64,000 nt of DNA, taken from the NCBI GenBank assembly GCA_965637545.1, contig OZ281496.1, forward strand, positions 29,202,001 through 29,266,000, read 5' to 3'. This stretch comes from Phallusia mammillata. Lineage: Eukaryota. The notes under the pieces were generated by a model. It made no database searches, was not told the DNA's origin, and saw only the letters and a program-made list of their open reading frames with translations. Below are positions 23,097 to 34,589 of this stretch, in pieces. Every line of letters starts with the position of its first letter. Positions within the stretch are counted from its first letter, which is position 1. A program made the position numbers and the translations under genes.

Positions 23097-25616
23097 TATT
23101 ATTATTATAGTTTCCCACGCTCTTGGGCGCATTGGGCAGCAAGATTGTTCCACTTTTTTCTGTCTTTTGCAATTTCCTCTATCTCCTTTATGTTTAACCC
23201 TCTCATTTCTAGATCTTTGCGGAAAGTCTCCCTCCAGGTAAGCTTTGGTCTACCTCTTTTTCTTTTCCCTTGCGGTGTCCAGCTCATAGCGATTTTTGGA
23301 GCCCGTTCGTCTGACATGCGTAACACATGCCCTGCAAGTCTAAATCTCCGCGTCGACATGATGGCGCATAAAGGCTTGGTACCACTAATTTGGTACACCT
23401 CATCATTTGTAATGTGGTCCTTGTATGTGATATTTAGGATCCTTCGAAGACAACGCTGATGGAAAGCGTTTATGTGCTTTTTCAGCTTGACTGTCATTTT
23501 CCAGGTTTCACTGGCATATAGAACGGTGGGCATTACAATTGACTGGTACAGTTTGATCTTTACCAGTTTCGAAACCTTCGAGCTTGACCAAACTGTTTTG
23601 AGCCTTCTGAAGGCCGAAGCAGCTTTTCCGATGCGGGCATTTATGTCGGCCTCCACATCAGCATCTGTTGTGAACACACTGCCAAGATAGGTAAAGCTTG
23701 TGATGTTGTTAATAGGCTCAATTCCATTGATGGTTAAATGTACGTTGGACTGAGTTTCCCCTCCAACTCGAAGTAACTTAGTCTTGTCGCTGTTGATCGT
23801 CAGACCGGCTGTTGCTGCATTTTTGGCCAATGAGTTGGTCATTTCTTGAAGATCTGTCATCGACTCTGCGAGCAAGGCGATGTCATCTGCAAAGTCGAGA
23901 TCTGTAAGACGCTTGTGGTTTGTCCATGAGATGCCGAACTTTGGATAATTCATTGCCTTTCTCATCACATAGTCGATAGTGGTAATGAATAGTAGGGGTG
24001 ATAAGACACAGCCTTGGCGCACACCTGTGTTGATTCTAAAGAACTCTGTGTTTCCTGACTGAACTTTTACGCAGCAGCTCGATCCTTCGTAGATGTTTTT
24101 GAAGGTATCTATAAACCTGAGTGGAACACCGTATTTTTGTAACACCTGCCATACAGTGTTGCGATGTACACTATCAAATGCCTTCCTGAAGTCAATGAAG
24201 TTGACAAACAGGGGTTTCTGAAATGCAAGGCACTGCTCCACAATGTTTCTGAGAACAAAGATCTGGTCACAGCACGACATGTTGTATCGAAAGCCTGCCT
24301 GTTCTTCTCTCAACTTCTCATCTAAGGATGTCTTTAATCTGTGCAGAAGCACGCAGCAGAACACTTTCCCTGGAACAGATAGCAGTGTGATTCCTCGCCA
24401 ATTACCACAAATGCCTAGATTTCCCTTTTTTGGAAGTTTCACAATTACTCCTTTTTTCCAATCAGATGGTACAGTCTGCATTTTCCAACATAAGTTGCAT
24501 AGCTTTGTCAACTGTGCAATCAGTGCATTCCCTCCATTTTTTAGCATCTCAGCAGAAATTTGGTCGAGACCTGCAGCTTTGTTGTTTTTGAGTTTTTTCA
24601 GTGCACTGGAAATTTCTTCTGTTGTGATGTCACCCATATCTACTTCCATCGTTGGTCCATCTTCATCTTCAAAAGTAGGCAGTTCGTAAGGTTCTGGTTG
24701 GTTCAGAATTTCCTTAAAGTGTTCGTACCATCGCATGTTTTGTTCTTCCTCGGTTAGAAGAGTTTTTCCAGTTTTGTCCTTAATTGGTACACTGGAGCTT
24801 TTTCCTGTCTTTGTCAGATGCCTAATTATTCCAAATAGCGCTCTAGTGTCATTTCTGTTCATTGCTTTCTGTGCGTCCGCACATAGCGTTTCAGTCCAAA
24901 ACTTTTTGTCGTCTCTACAACTCTTTTTAACAACTTTGTGTGCTTGTTCGTACTGTTTTTCTATCTTCCAGTATTCATCAGAAGATTTGGCGCTTTCCAT
25001 TTGATGTTTAATCTTTCTTCTCTGATCAATCAGTGCCCATGTTTGTGGTCGAATCCAGCTTTCCCTTCTCGTCCCGCGCCTTCTGCCGAGGGTTTGATCT
25101 GCAGCTGTTGTCACTATTTTTTGAAATTGTTTCCATTGCTCTTCAATATTATCTTTTACTTGTACAGCCTGGAATCTTGTGCTCAAATTTTTGTGAAATA
25201 TTTTTACTATTTTTTGATCTTTTAGTTTTATAAGGTCGTATGGTTTTGTTCCACTGTGTTTGATAATTTTTTTCAGTTTTAGTTTCAGTGACCCTTTGAC
25301 GAGGTAGTGATCGGAGGCTACGTCTGCACCTCTGCAGCTACGTACATCCTGCAGTGCGCTGCGCCATCTTCTGCATATGCAAATGTAGTCAATTTCACTT
25401 GTTGTTTTGCCGTTTGGGGATTTCCAGGTTTGCTTGTGTATTCGTTTGTGATTAAAAAAAGTGTTCCCTATACATAACTCGTTTGTACTGCAGATGGTAA
25501 GAAGTCTGTGCCCGTTGTTGTTAGTTTTGCTTGCTACACCGAATGGTCCTAAGATGTCACTCCAACCAGCTCTGTTTCCATCAATCTGTGCGTTAAAATC
25601 GCCCATTAATAATTGT
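23097..25616 (-). mobile_element. 5'-truncated RTE-clade non-LTR retrotransposon with 9-bp TSD
   Basis: Flanked by AAGTTCCTT at 23088-23096 and 25617-25625. Short (TAA)n tail directly after the stop. Removing the element and one TSD copy restores the exon sequence VRNFQAISCFVCA seen in paralogs. Confidence 0.95.
23105..25606 (-). CDS. RTE ORF: C-terminal part of AP endonuclease plus reverse transcriptase, 833 aa, uninterrupted
   Basis: APE motifs MGDFNA, TWKSP..EIDY, SDHYLV; RT motifs WRGITLLS, EEQAGFR, FIDFRKAFDS, GVRQGCVLSP, LDFADD; RTE-type C-terminus GKRKRGRPKLTW. Confidence 0.92.
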   Translation of the reverse strand: MGDFNAQIDGNRAGWSDILGPFGVASKTNNNGHRLLTICSTNELCIGNTFFNHKRIHKQTWKSPNGKTTSEIDYICICRRWRSALQDVRSCRGADVASDHYLVKGSLKLKLKKIIKHSGTKPYDLIKLKDQKIVKIFHKNLSTRFQAVQVKDNIEEQWKQFQKIVTTAADQTLGRRRGTRRESWIRPQTWALIDQRRKIKHQMESAKSSDEYWKIEKQYEQAHKVVKKSCRDDKKFWTETLCADAQKAMNRNDTRALFGIIRHLTKTGKSSSVPIKDKTGKTLLTEEEQNMRWYEHFKEILNQPEPYELPTFEDEDGPTMEVDMGDITTEEISSALKKLKNNKAAGLDQISAEMLKNGGNALIAQLTKLCNLCWKMQTVPSDWKKGVIVKLPKKGNLGICGNWRGITLLSVPGKVFCCVLLHRLKTSLDEKLREEQAGFRYNMSCCDQIFVLRNIVEQCLAFQKPLFVNFIDFRKAFDSVHRNTVWQVLQKYGVPLRFIDTFKNIYEGSSCCVKVQSGNTEFFRINTGVRQGCVLSPLLFITTIDYVMRKAMNYPKFGISWTNHKRLTDLDFADDIALLAESMTDLQEMTNSLAKNAATAGLTINSDKTKLLRVGGETQSNVHLTINGIEPINNITSFTYLGSVFTTDADVEADINARIGKAASAFRRLKTVWSSSKVSKLVKIKLYQSIVMPTVLYASETWKMTVKLKKHINAFHQRCLRRILNITYKDHITNDEVYQISGTKPLCAIMSTRRFRLAGHVLRMSDERAPKIAMSWTPQGKRKRGRPKLTWRETFRKDLEMRGLNIKEIEEIAKDRKKWNNLAAQCAQERGKL

Positions 25617-25659
25617 AAGTTCCTTACGTCTGTAAATATATCGTAAAAGTAAGCTAAAT

Positions 25660-25857
25660 CAGTGGCTGCGACCCGGTACCGGTCCGAAAGGAGATAGTTA
25701 CCGGCCCGTATAAAATAAGCTTAAGGTTGTCACAAGCTGTAATAACTTATGAGTTGTAATAATTTAAGTTCCATTGCTGAACATGTTTTTTTCAAACCTG
25801 TTCGCCGTGCTGTTTTTTCAAACCTGTTCGCCGTGCAAAAAAGGTTGCCGACCCCTG
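25660..25857. mobile_element. Probable hAT-type MITE in gene D intron
   Basis: Ends in GCAAAAAAGGTTGCCGACCCCTG; related sequence at ~63236-63410 in gene F intron (GCAAAAAAGGTTGCCG). Left terminus degenerate. Confidence 0.45.
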
Positions 25858-28800
25858 TACAAAGTAACTACTTTTTGAGAAAAAAAACTTTGTTTTAGCA
25901 AGATCTTGGTTAAGAAACCTTGCCGTATGTACTTTTGTTCAGGTGCTCAAATTGACTCTAAAAGTGCCTTACCCATGCTAATGCGTAACGCACAAATGTT
26001 TCGCTATTTTGTTTTCTTCTTTCCAAATTAGGATTCTTGTATTTTGTTTTTTTATGGTGTTTTATTATCCACATGGCAAAAAAATGTATGTGAATTAATT
26101 TGATAAAATACTTACAATCGACAATCTTGTTCATTAAACTTGTTTTCGTCAACTTAAAATTCCCACGATGCGCTTCTTCTCTCAGTTCCAAGCAGGGTGT
26201 TTTAATGTTGTTTTCCTCGAAGCCCCACAATTTAGCAATTTGTTGAAGGGCAACAATGTCTTCACTAAATTTGTTCTATAGTGTAATTACGAGTTTTTGA
26301 TATTATTTTTCATTATCTTTTGAAGTGTAAACATAAAGCTGACACGAACTTATGGCCTAACAGCTTTTATTAATATTAAACCATCTAAAAATACCCCAAA
26401 ACTAATGTTAACTTGCCTGGTCACCAACAATCAAAAAAAGACCTCCTAGTCTCGTGGAACCATCGTAAACTTCAGGTCTGTTTTTTAATGACAATAATTT
26501 ATTTAGTGCTATTATCTGTGGAACACATAACTTACGGAATAAACGTTTCATTCGCGTTTGAAAGCAAGTGCACTTCGTTGGTTAATCGTGTTGTGGTGGA
26601 AGCCAAATATCCGTATTCGTCGCGGCGTTGCTCTATTTTGAGTTTCATTGCTGTTACAACCTTAAAAAAAACAGTTTTCAACATTTTCATTAACTCACAT
26701 TTGAACAATGAATGTGGGTGGTGGAAGTGCACCGGCATTTTGTCTTTGGCAATTGCTCCATTACCTGCATAAGTTCCAGGCCTTGTGTTGTATAAAAACA
26801 ATGGCACAAATCAATAATGAACGGCGTTCCTTCCTCAGGATAGCGATACCCATAGTGACCTTGCAAACATAGTGCACGTTTATAAAGTTCGTTCTTTGTT
26901 ACAAATTATACACGTTTAACTGCTTCATTTATGCTATGTATTGACACTCGACAAAGCTATTTTAACCGATTAATCTCACCATATACTGAACAGAATGTAA
27001 TCAAAAAGTTTTGGTATCTTCGATGTGAAACACATCCTCGTTTTCTAAAGTGTGATTTTCTCCCCTGCATGCCTTTAAAACAGGTTTATTCGTAAAAATG
27101 CTTGACTTTGCCCAAGGCTTGCACGCTTGTCAAAAATATCCTTACCTGTACAAAGAGCAATTTGGTGATATCTTTGTTTGGTATTTTCTCGTTTATAGCA
27201 TTAGTGATCCAATTTAACTTAAAAAAATTATTGTACTTATCGACAACAATATGATTTTCCTTTCCATGGCTCAAGATGACACAAACAAAGTACTGGTCGC
27301 TGCCAATAACTTTTTCGCATTCTGTACACAACAAACGAATAATAACGGTAAATGTGAGCATAAATACGCTGATTTACAAAATTATTCTGCAGGCCAGAGT
27401 TTTAAGTCGAACCTCTAATACAGACAGGATTCAAAGATGTTTAAAAATACGACTCAGTGACCTCGGCAAATGTCGCCAGGCGCCAGGTTATTTGAATTAT
27501 TGGCTGTCATATAACCTGATCTCAAGCTTTTCATGATATTCTCATAGGGCTCATTTTCGATGACACAGCAATGCAAGTTGAGATTGTCCGCAAGCTTTTG
27601 TAAACGTTTTACGTCTTTTTGACTTCCGGTTCTGTCTGTGTATGGTGCCAAGTATTTCTAAAAGCAAATTTATATTTTGAACCAGTGCTAAAATCAATGA
27701 ACGTGTTGTTGAATATTCTATATTTTACTTAAACCAAATAGATATAATCATTTGTATTTGTAAATACATACCTCGTTGCTGATGATGACCATCGTTCCAT
27801 TTTTCTCTCCCAACCACCAACTCCATGACAAACTAAAAGCATTATTCGGAAATTTTCAAGCCGTTGGTAGTTTTTAGCGAAAATATAGGATAATTTTAAA
27901 TCAATATTATTCATGGTTTGCTTTTGACTATTCGCGCTGTGTATCAAAAAGCAAGTTTTCTTCGATAGATCTTATACTGAATGCGATTTTAGTTTTTTCC
28001 ACCTTATGGTTTGATGATATTCACAAACCTTTCATAGGAGAACTGTAATTGAATAGTTTTGGCAACACAGCAGGGCAAGTTTTTTTTTGCATCTGTTTGT
28101 CCCGCAATCCATTTCACAAACCAGCGACGGGAAATGCGGCAAAGGTCACTGAAACCATAATGAAAGTCAGTAGGCGTGTCACATAGTCTTGCAGCAATGC
28201 CAAACTCAGCAAAAAATGTCAAGGATGGTGTTCCACACATGAAACCGGTAATGTTCATTTATTTTGTATTTAAACTTGAAAACTGTTTTTTTTAACTCAT
28301 GCTGCATTTACTGGATTTTGGTTTCAAAATATATATATATAAACTCTTGAAGCCAGACTTACGCATTTGTCGTCTCAGTTTTTTCCTGGTCAGTTTTTTT
28401 TTTCAGTTCCAGTAATACTCAGTACATCTTTATTAAGGCACATAGCCCTGAAAACTTGGTGCTCCGTTATGCAGTCCACATCCACATCCTCTAGCTGTAT
28501 TAAAATATCCCTGTCGTGTTTGCAGCATCTCTTACATTCTTCAATTCCGATGCACTGTTGGCACGAACACCTGCATTTAGGTGGTCAAAAAATAACCTTT
28601 TCTCATTTTCAGAGCAACAAATTGCAAATATAAGCACTAATTTTGAGTGTAAATATATAAATCTCAACCGCAGTGTTATCGTAAAACAGCCACGATAAGG
28701 AAATACGTGTTGCTATAATATTAACGATAAATGTTTATTGTCTTCATAAAACAGTTTTTGCAACGTTTTTCGCACACTACAAGTCTGCAAAATTATATCG

Positions 28801-30683
28801 CTATTGTAAAGGTTACATAAAAATGTAATATTGTATAACAACGTTATAGCTACAAAAAGGAATTAGATTTTTAGAAATCAGATTATTGTCGTTGATTTTT
28901 TCGTTTATAATAACGAAAAAATGGTTTTGTTAATTAGACTATCATCTTATGGTTGAACCACACTGGGTCAAAATATGTCGTAGCCTTATTTAGAGTTTAA
29001 AATTGGGTCTCAAAGCTTGAAAGTACAAACCCGAAGCCAAAATTTTGCAAAAGTAAAGCCTTTGATTTACCTAAGTGAAATTAAGACAGATTCTAGGGTT
29101 CTGTAATGCGGTTTTCATGAATTAAAAAAATCTTATTTTTCCAGCGTGTAGACTTAGGTTCGGTTCTGACACGAAAAGATTAAAAACCAAACTATCCACA
29201 CAACATACAATACTATACCGTTATCTCACTTTTAACACACTTTTCGGACACCAACGTACCAGATAGGCAGTTCATCGGAGACTTCATCTGACACCGCGAT
29301 ACCTGCTTTACTTACAGCAGCTAAACTGGATTCCCCTTTCTGGTCCTGACTTTCACTCATAGTTGATCAAATATGAATTTATTCTGTAGTATAGTTTTCT
29401 TAGTAAACACCTATAAAGGTCACAATTTAGGACTTTAAAATTTAGGAGGCAAACAATTTGAACGATTTTCATCTACTAAAAAGAGGATGTTTGTACACGG
29501 CGTTGTACAGACAAAAATGGCATGCGTATGGCTAAATATGCATGACAGCTCCTGTAATCTAGTCAAGCGATTATTCTTCTTACGCTCATTGCCTTTTTTT
29601 TTGAATCAGAACAAAAACAAGCAACAGCTCGCTAGTTCGAGAAAAACCTCACACAAATAATTTGATGGTTTACTAAAGCAAAGCCGTTTGGTAATGGTAC
29701 AAGTATTCGAGAACATATCTACACCATTCTTACAATCTTGTTATTGTGCACAGCTTTAACTTAATTTACAATTAAAAAGAGATCAAGCCTTACGATACTT
29801 CTGTAACATCTTTTGCGGAACCTGGCTACTTTACACAGCCCTGTCATTTTGTATTTGTTGCAACTAAACCAGTTTCATTACCTCAACAGCAATGAAGGGC
29901 AAACAAAGGCCCGCCAGTTACCATCGGCATTCGAGGTTGACTATTCATTAACAATGTGCACCTGATAAGAACACACCTTCCAAGCTAGAAATCATGTTTT
30001 TTTGTTTGTTTTGAGATCGGTGTTCATAAGCGCGGGGTAACTCGAGAACACTTTTCAACTAGTCATACAAATCACTGAATTTCTCCTAACATTTGTTGTC
30101 AAACTGACAGAGCGTGTTTGGGGCATAGCCCTTGTCAAATAACGTTTGTTTGGACAGAAACTACTGTTTGGAAACTTGGAAACACTTTCTTAATTTTATT
30201 TCGTACGAACGAAAGGCACCTAAAAGACATTACATTTTTATCTAGTAACTGATAAAAGCATTAGGAGTATCCTTTGCCATGATTTGCTGGGACACATTAT
30301 GTAATACAAGCTTATTATATTGTGTTGTATATACCTAACAAACCTTCCGCGATAGTAAGAATATCAACCACGTTAATATTTTTTAAAATCGACAGTTTAT
30401 TGAAAGTAATCAACATTCAGTTAAAAGAAAATCAATGCAGAATAATTGTGTTTTCACAAACCATCACACACATTGAAAAGCTGAACCAAATCTATTATTA
30501 TATTTGTTAAACTATACAAAAATTTAAGCTGCTCACAAACTCCAAAAAAAAACATAATCTTGGAAAAAACAAACAAAATATTGGAACATCACTTTTTTTA
30601 TGTCAACGAATATAGTAAAAACTTCCGTTTATATTTTGCTTGATGAATTTAGTACCGCATTTGTTGTTGTCAAAAAGTACTTT

Positions 30684-30794
30684 TCAAACTGGATAAGGTT
30701 TGTCAAAACAAACTTGTTTCCTCAACTGGGTGTGGGTCCATGGAGCGAGGTGTTTTTCTTCGGTCATTTTGTTTCGAAGTTTTGAATTTAGTAT
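30684..30794 (-). pseudogene. Fragment H: orphan terminal exon of the caspase family
   Basis: Translates to ..LRNKMTEEKHLAPWTHTQLRKQVCFDKPYPV*, homologous to the last exon of D/G (PWTQTQLRKEVCFDKPKAV*). No upstream caspase exons nearby. Confidence 0.78.
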
Positions 30795-30854
30795 TTAGTA
30801 CCGCATTTGTTGTTGTCAAAAAGTACTCGAAGTTCTCGGTCATTTTGTTTCGAA

Positions 30855-33050
30855 TTGTAAAGAAGCGAACTAAGGTTACCGCAATCGGTAGTGGTGTTTT
30901 CCATTATCTTTTATGACAGGTCATATTTTGTGTCGTTGTAAAAATCCAATAGGGCACAAAAAGAACCCTCAAACTCAACACACAACGCGTAACGTTACAC
31001 CGCGTTGCGCCAGATGCAACACACAACTGGAATCTGACTCTTACACGTTCAAACGAACCTTTGTACATGGAAGACCATACACTGAATAAATTTAAACAAA
31101 AGTGTCTTAACTACATAAGGCTTGGGAAACACTGTATCAGATGAAAATATTAAACCATGCACATAACAACGCCTCACTTTCCACTTACTAAAAAGTAAAA
31201 ACCAAAACAAACGACGCAAAATCTTGCTTTGCTTTCTGAAGCAAATAAAATCTGAAAAATACTCGCCAGCCTGGCCGTTAGATCCTTCATCCGAAACTTG
31301 GGCACTTCCCGTATACGCTTCGTTCAAATTTGATTCTTCTTCACAGTCACTCATGTTTATCACAGTCCAACTTACCATAAAGTTCGGGAGCATAAAGTAC
31401 AACGTTATTCAGCGGTTGTAATAACGATGTCCGCCCCACAGTCATTCATGATAATATTTACTGCGCAATGTACGTGAACTTGATTTGCTTTTGACACATT
31501 TTATCATACCTAAGCACCATGCGCTGAATGTCTGTGGGTAATTTCATTTGTTTCATTGCCTGCAACATAACTTTCCGCCAAAACGCTTAGACAAATATCG
31601 TTTTCGGTTTCACACTTCTGACCTGTTAAAAACATTCATCTTCTGGAAAGGTTTTTTTTGTACATGGGTTAATGCAGACTTCATAATTTGTGAAGGGGTT
31701 GGTTACTATAAAGCGATTGAAAACCACTTTTTTGAGTGACTTTACCATCTTCATGAAATAAAATCTTGAATCTATTGTAAAGAAGCGAACTAAGGTAACC
31801 GCAATCGGTATTATGGTTTTTTCCATTATTTTTTATGACAGGTCATATTTCACACCAACTATGTATGTTACACCGTCACTAATCATAATGAGGAAAACAA
31901 CACACTATCGTTTTCCAACCACGATGAGGATAATCGTACTTCTATGTCAACCTGCTTGCATACTGAGTAAATAATTAGAACAATGCACCTTACATTACAA
32001 TCAGATTATATCTTTAAATTTGGTATTAATGTATTTCTCTCATAAAATAGTCAACTTACAAACCATGTTTGCCCGTGCGATTTTATTAACCACACCCCCA
32101 GACAACAAATTTTTAAACCGCTGCCATCATGTTCTATAGGAAGTTATGTAGCCATAAACAGCACATTTGTGCTCAAAAACTAACGTCCGCACCTCAGTCG
32201 TAATGAACAAACCGTTGCGTATGAAAGGCATGACCATGGCTCAATTTCCGTGACAACGTTTGGAATCCAATCAAAAGATTGTTCGCCACCACCGAGAGGA
32301 CGATGTTTCGACACACTCATTGCTTTTGTTGTTACACTTTTTTGAATCAAAATGAAAACAAACGACGGCTCGCTAGTTCGACAAACGCTCCAGTCTTGCA
32401 AATTATTTGGTGGCTCTCAAGCCCCAGGCCGTTGGACAATGGTTTAGGATTTCCTACACCTAAACTATGTTTTCGTAAAAGGTAAAATAATAATCTATAT
32501 CAGCACAAAGAGTAATTTACAGCCGAATGCTGGGTTTAAAGCATCCACGTTCAACCCCTGAGAGCGCTAATCAAAGCACCCAGAAAACACTGCTCACTCA
32601 CACAATTCCTCTTCGTGCACACAAAGCAAATTGAGCTGACTTGTCGGGTTGTTAGGAACCGTGTTGTGAAAATCCAATAGGGCACAAAAGAACCTCAACA
32701 CACCCCGCGTTACGTTACACCACGGAACGCCAGTTGCAACAGTTGCAACACACAACTGGAATCTGCCTCTTAAACCTCCAAACGAACCTTTGTACATGGA
32801 AGACCACACACTGAATAAATTCAAACAAAAAGTGTCGTAACTACATAAGGCTTGGGAAACACTGTATCAGATGAACACTTTATCAGATGAAAATATTAAA
32901 TCATGCACATAACAACGCCTCATTTTCCATTACTAAAAGGTTAAAACCAAAACAAACGTCGCAAAATCTTGCTGTGTATTTTTTAAGCAAGTGGTAGCTA
33001 AAAAATATTATCCAGCCTGACCGTTGGTGGCTTCATCAGAAACCTGAGCG
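30855..33050. repeat. Diverged copy of the promoter/exon-1 cassette block also found at 44378-49743
   Basis: Shares AATCCAATAGGGCACAAA...GGCTTGGGAAACACTGTATCAGATGAAAATATTAAA..., the exon-1 sequence, and CCGCACCTCAGTCGTAATGAAC...GACGGCTCGCTAGTTC segments with the 44-50 kb block. Confidence 0.85.
31263..31354 (-). other. Orphan first exon of the family (MSDCEEESNLNEAYTGSAQVSDEGSNGQAG) with intact ATG and phase-2 GT donor
   Basis: Close homolog of gene A exon 1 (MSDSEEESNLNVAHTGSAQVSDEVANDQAK). 92 nt, ends GA|GTATTT. No ballast exon follows before gene D. Confidence 0.75.
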
Positions 33051-33656
33051 CATTTGGGGCTTCCAATGTTAAAACCAAACAAACACCCTAACTAATATTC
33101 AGAAGAATGGTCTTACGCCCAGGGCTAATCGTGACACAACAGTTAGGGACAGGCTTTATTAATTCAAAATTTCAAGGTTGAAGCAACAACTACGGGAGTA
33201 TAGTTCCTAAGCTTGATATTAGGTCCTCTTCATGTTGTGAGAATGTTTGTTTCTACTGTTATAAAATCATTGATTGTCCAGTTTGCTAAGTAATGTCAAA
33301 AAAATGTTATGGTAGTTACAGGCGTATTTGTGCTTATTTAAACAAAAACGCGACAAATTAGAAACATATCACGCTTTTGACCAGGTATGATGTTGGCACG
33401 ATTAGAACCAGTTGTTGGCTAAGGTGAGTTTTGCATCGCAGTGGACAAACTTGTTTGCTAACAACCATCACTTGTATGATGTTATCACTTGTCTGCTATT
33501 AGAGAAAATTCCTAAATTCTAAATATTTTTGCGCAATTCGAGCAAACTGAATGACTGGGTTTCGCGGATGGTTTGCTTTCTGACAGGCCAGAACGATGAC
33601 ACATCACATCGCGACTTAGAGGTCACCTTACCACGCGGAACTCTAAATGTGAAACA

Positions 33657-34000
33657 CCCACGACAGGAGTCTTTCCAGATCTGGCGACCCCTACTAGGAA
33701 GCTGACATGTGCAGCATACGAGGCAGGCAACGGTGCTTGTGATTCGACTTTCGGCAGATTCTCCACTGTGCCTGCGTAGCTCAGTTGGAAGAACGTGAGT
33801 CCCGGAAAGACTCCTGTCGTGGGTTCGAATCCCAGCGCAGGCTAGATTTTTGTAGCCGGCGCCTTGACATATGGTGGTGAATGTTTGGTGATCGGCTGAT
33901 TTGGTATGGCGCCTTCCATGGGCCTGGCGTAATGTGATTTACTGTACATTAGGTTGAATTTACCAGGTGGTTTAAATCTTGACGATCAGCATACAATTAT
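33657..34000 (+). mobile_element. tRNA-derived SINE (head 33770-33843) with upstream inverted fragment
   Basis: GCCTGCG TAGCTCAGTTGG (A box)...GGGTTCGAATCCC (B box) AGCGCAGGC folds as a degenerate cloverleaf and is followed by a non-tRNA body. The homologous locus at ~59130 lacks it after TGTGAAACA. 3' end approximate. Confidence 0.7.
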
Positions 34001-34589
34001 TGCCTACTGTTTTTGCAATTTCCCACTGAAGTTAGTTTATGTGGGCGCTTTTTAGATGGCTTAACACAAGAAAGGCTTCAATGTTTTTCCGACAGTCATT
34101 TATTTAAAGCAAACGTTTGTTTATGCACATCTACTGCAAAGCGAAAAAACTACAAGCATCTACATTTTTGCACTTTTGGTTTTAAAAATGTTTTACAGCT
34201 TTTGTAGTCTGTACTTCAAACACAAACAACCAACTAAGCCGTTGACCAAGCAGTTTTAAATTTGCATTTAAAAAAAAATTAGTCATGTTTAAGTGTTTCT
34301 AATGTTTAAATTTTTAGTAACATTGACCTAACTGCAAATGTGTTTAACTTAAATAGCCAAAACCTAAATACAATCTGCTTGTGCTTATCAGTGCTTACCA
34401 AAAACTGAAATGTGAATGTTTATGAAGTAGCCAATGATCATTTTAATACTTAAAACCAGGTTTGGTTTGCATGATCGTATATGTAATGCAATTAATTGTT
34501 ACTTCAATTTTATTATGTAGCCTATGTGCATTTTATAAAATAAAGGGTTATATATGTAATATACAAATATAAAATACAAATTGCTTTTA

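Larger units (their letters stand above)
21780..29360 (-). pseudogene. Gene D: single-ballast caspase-pseudocaspase copy with two frameshifts and an exonic LINE
   Basis: Exons 29360-29260, 28570-~28362, 28148-28029, 27832-27772, 27657-27516, 27321-27146, 27072-26980, 26859-26765, 26660-26536, 26477-26417 (GC donor), 26275-26116, 25629-[RTE]-22877, 22431-22329, 22145-22042, 21887-21780. The T10 run at 28394-28403 gives TGA at 28392-28390; the ACRG exon is 93 nt instead of 3n+1 and gives TGA at 27003-27001. SHG and QACRG are still present. Confidence 0.8.

Noticed and set aside
24243-24689. Plus-strand ORFs overlapping the LINEs and caspase exons (also 52536-52853, 54405-54797 on the minus strand)
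   Set aside because: Antisense shadows of real coding sequence with no independent motifs.
28390-28403. Programmed -1 frameshift at A AAA AAC in gene D
   Set aside because: Restoring the frame needs loss of one base (+1), not -1; no downstream structure was noted and paralogs lack the run.
31049-31402. 117-aa ORF (and relatives at 44659 and 47344) as independent small proteins
   Set aside because: Only the middle part is homologous to family exon 1; the rest is read-through into intron DNA with frames that differ between copies.
33770-33843. Functional tRNA gene
   Set aside because: Mismatches in the D and T stems, no U33 in the anticodon loop, a long non-tRNA body follows, and it is absent from the paralogous locus; better explained as a SINE head.
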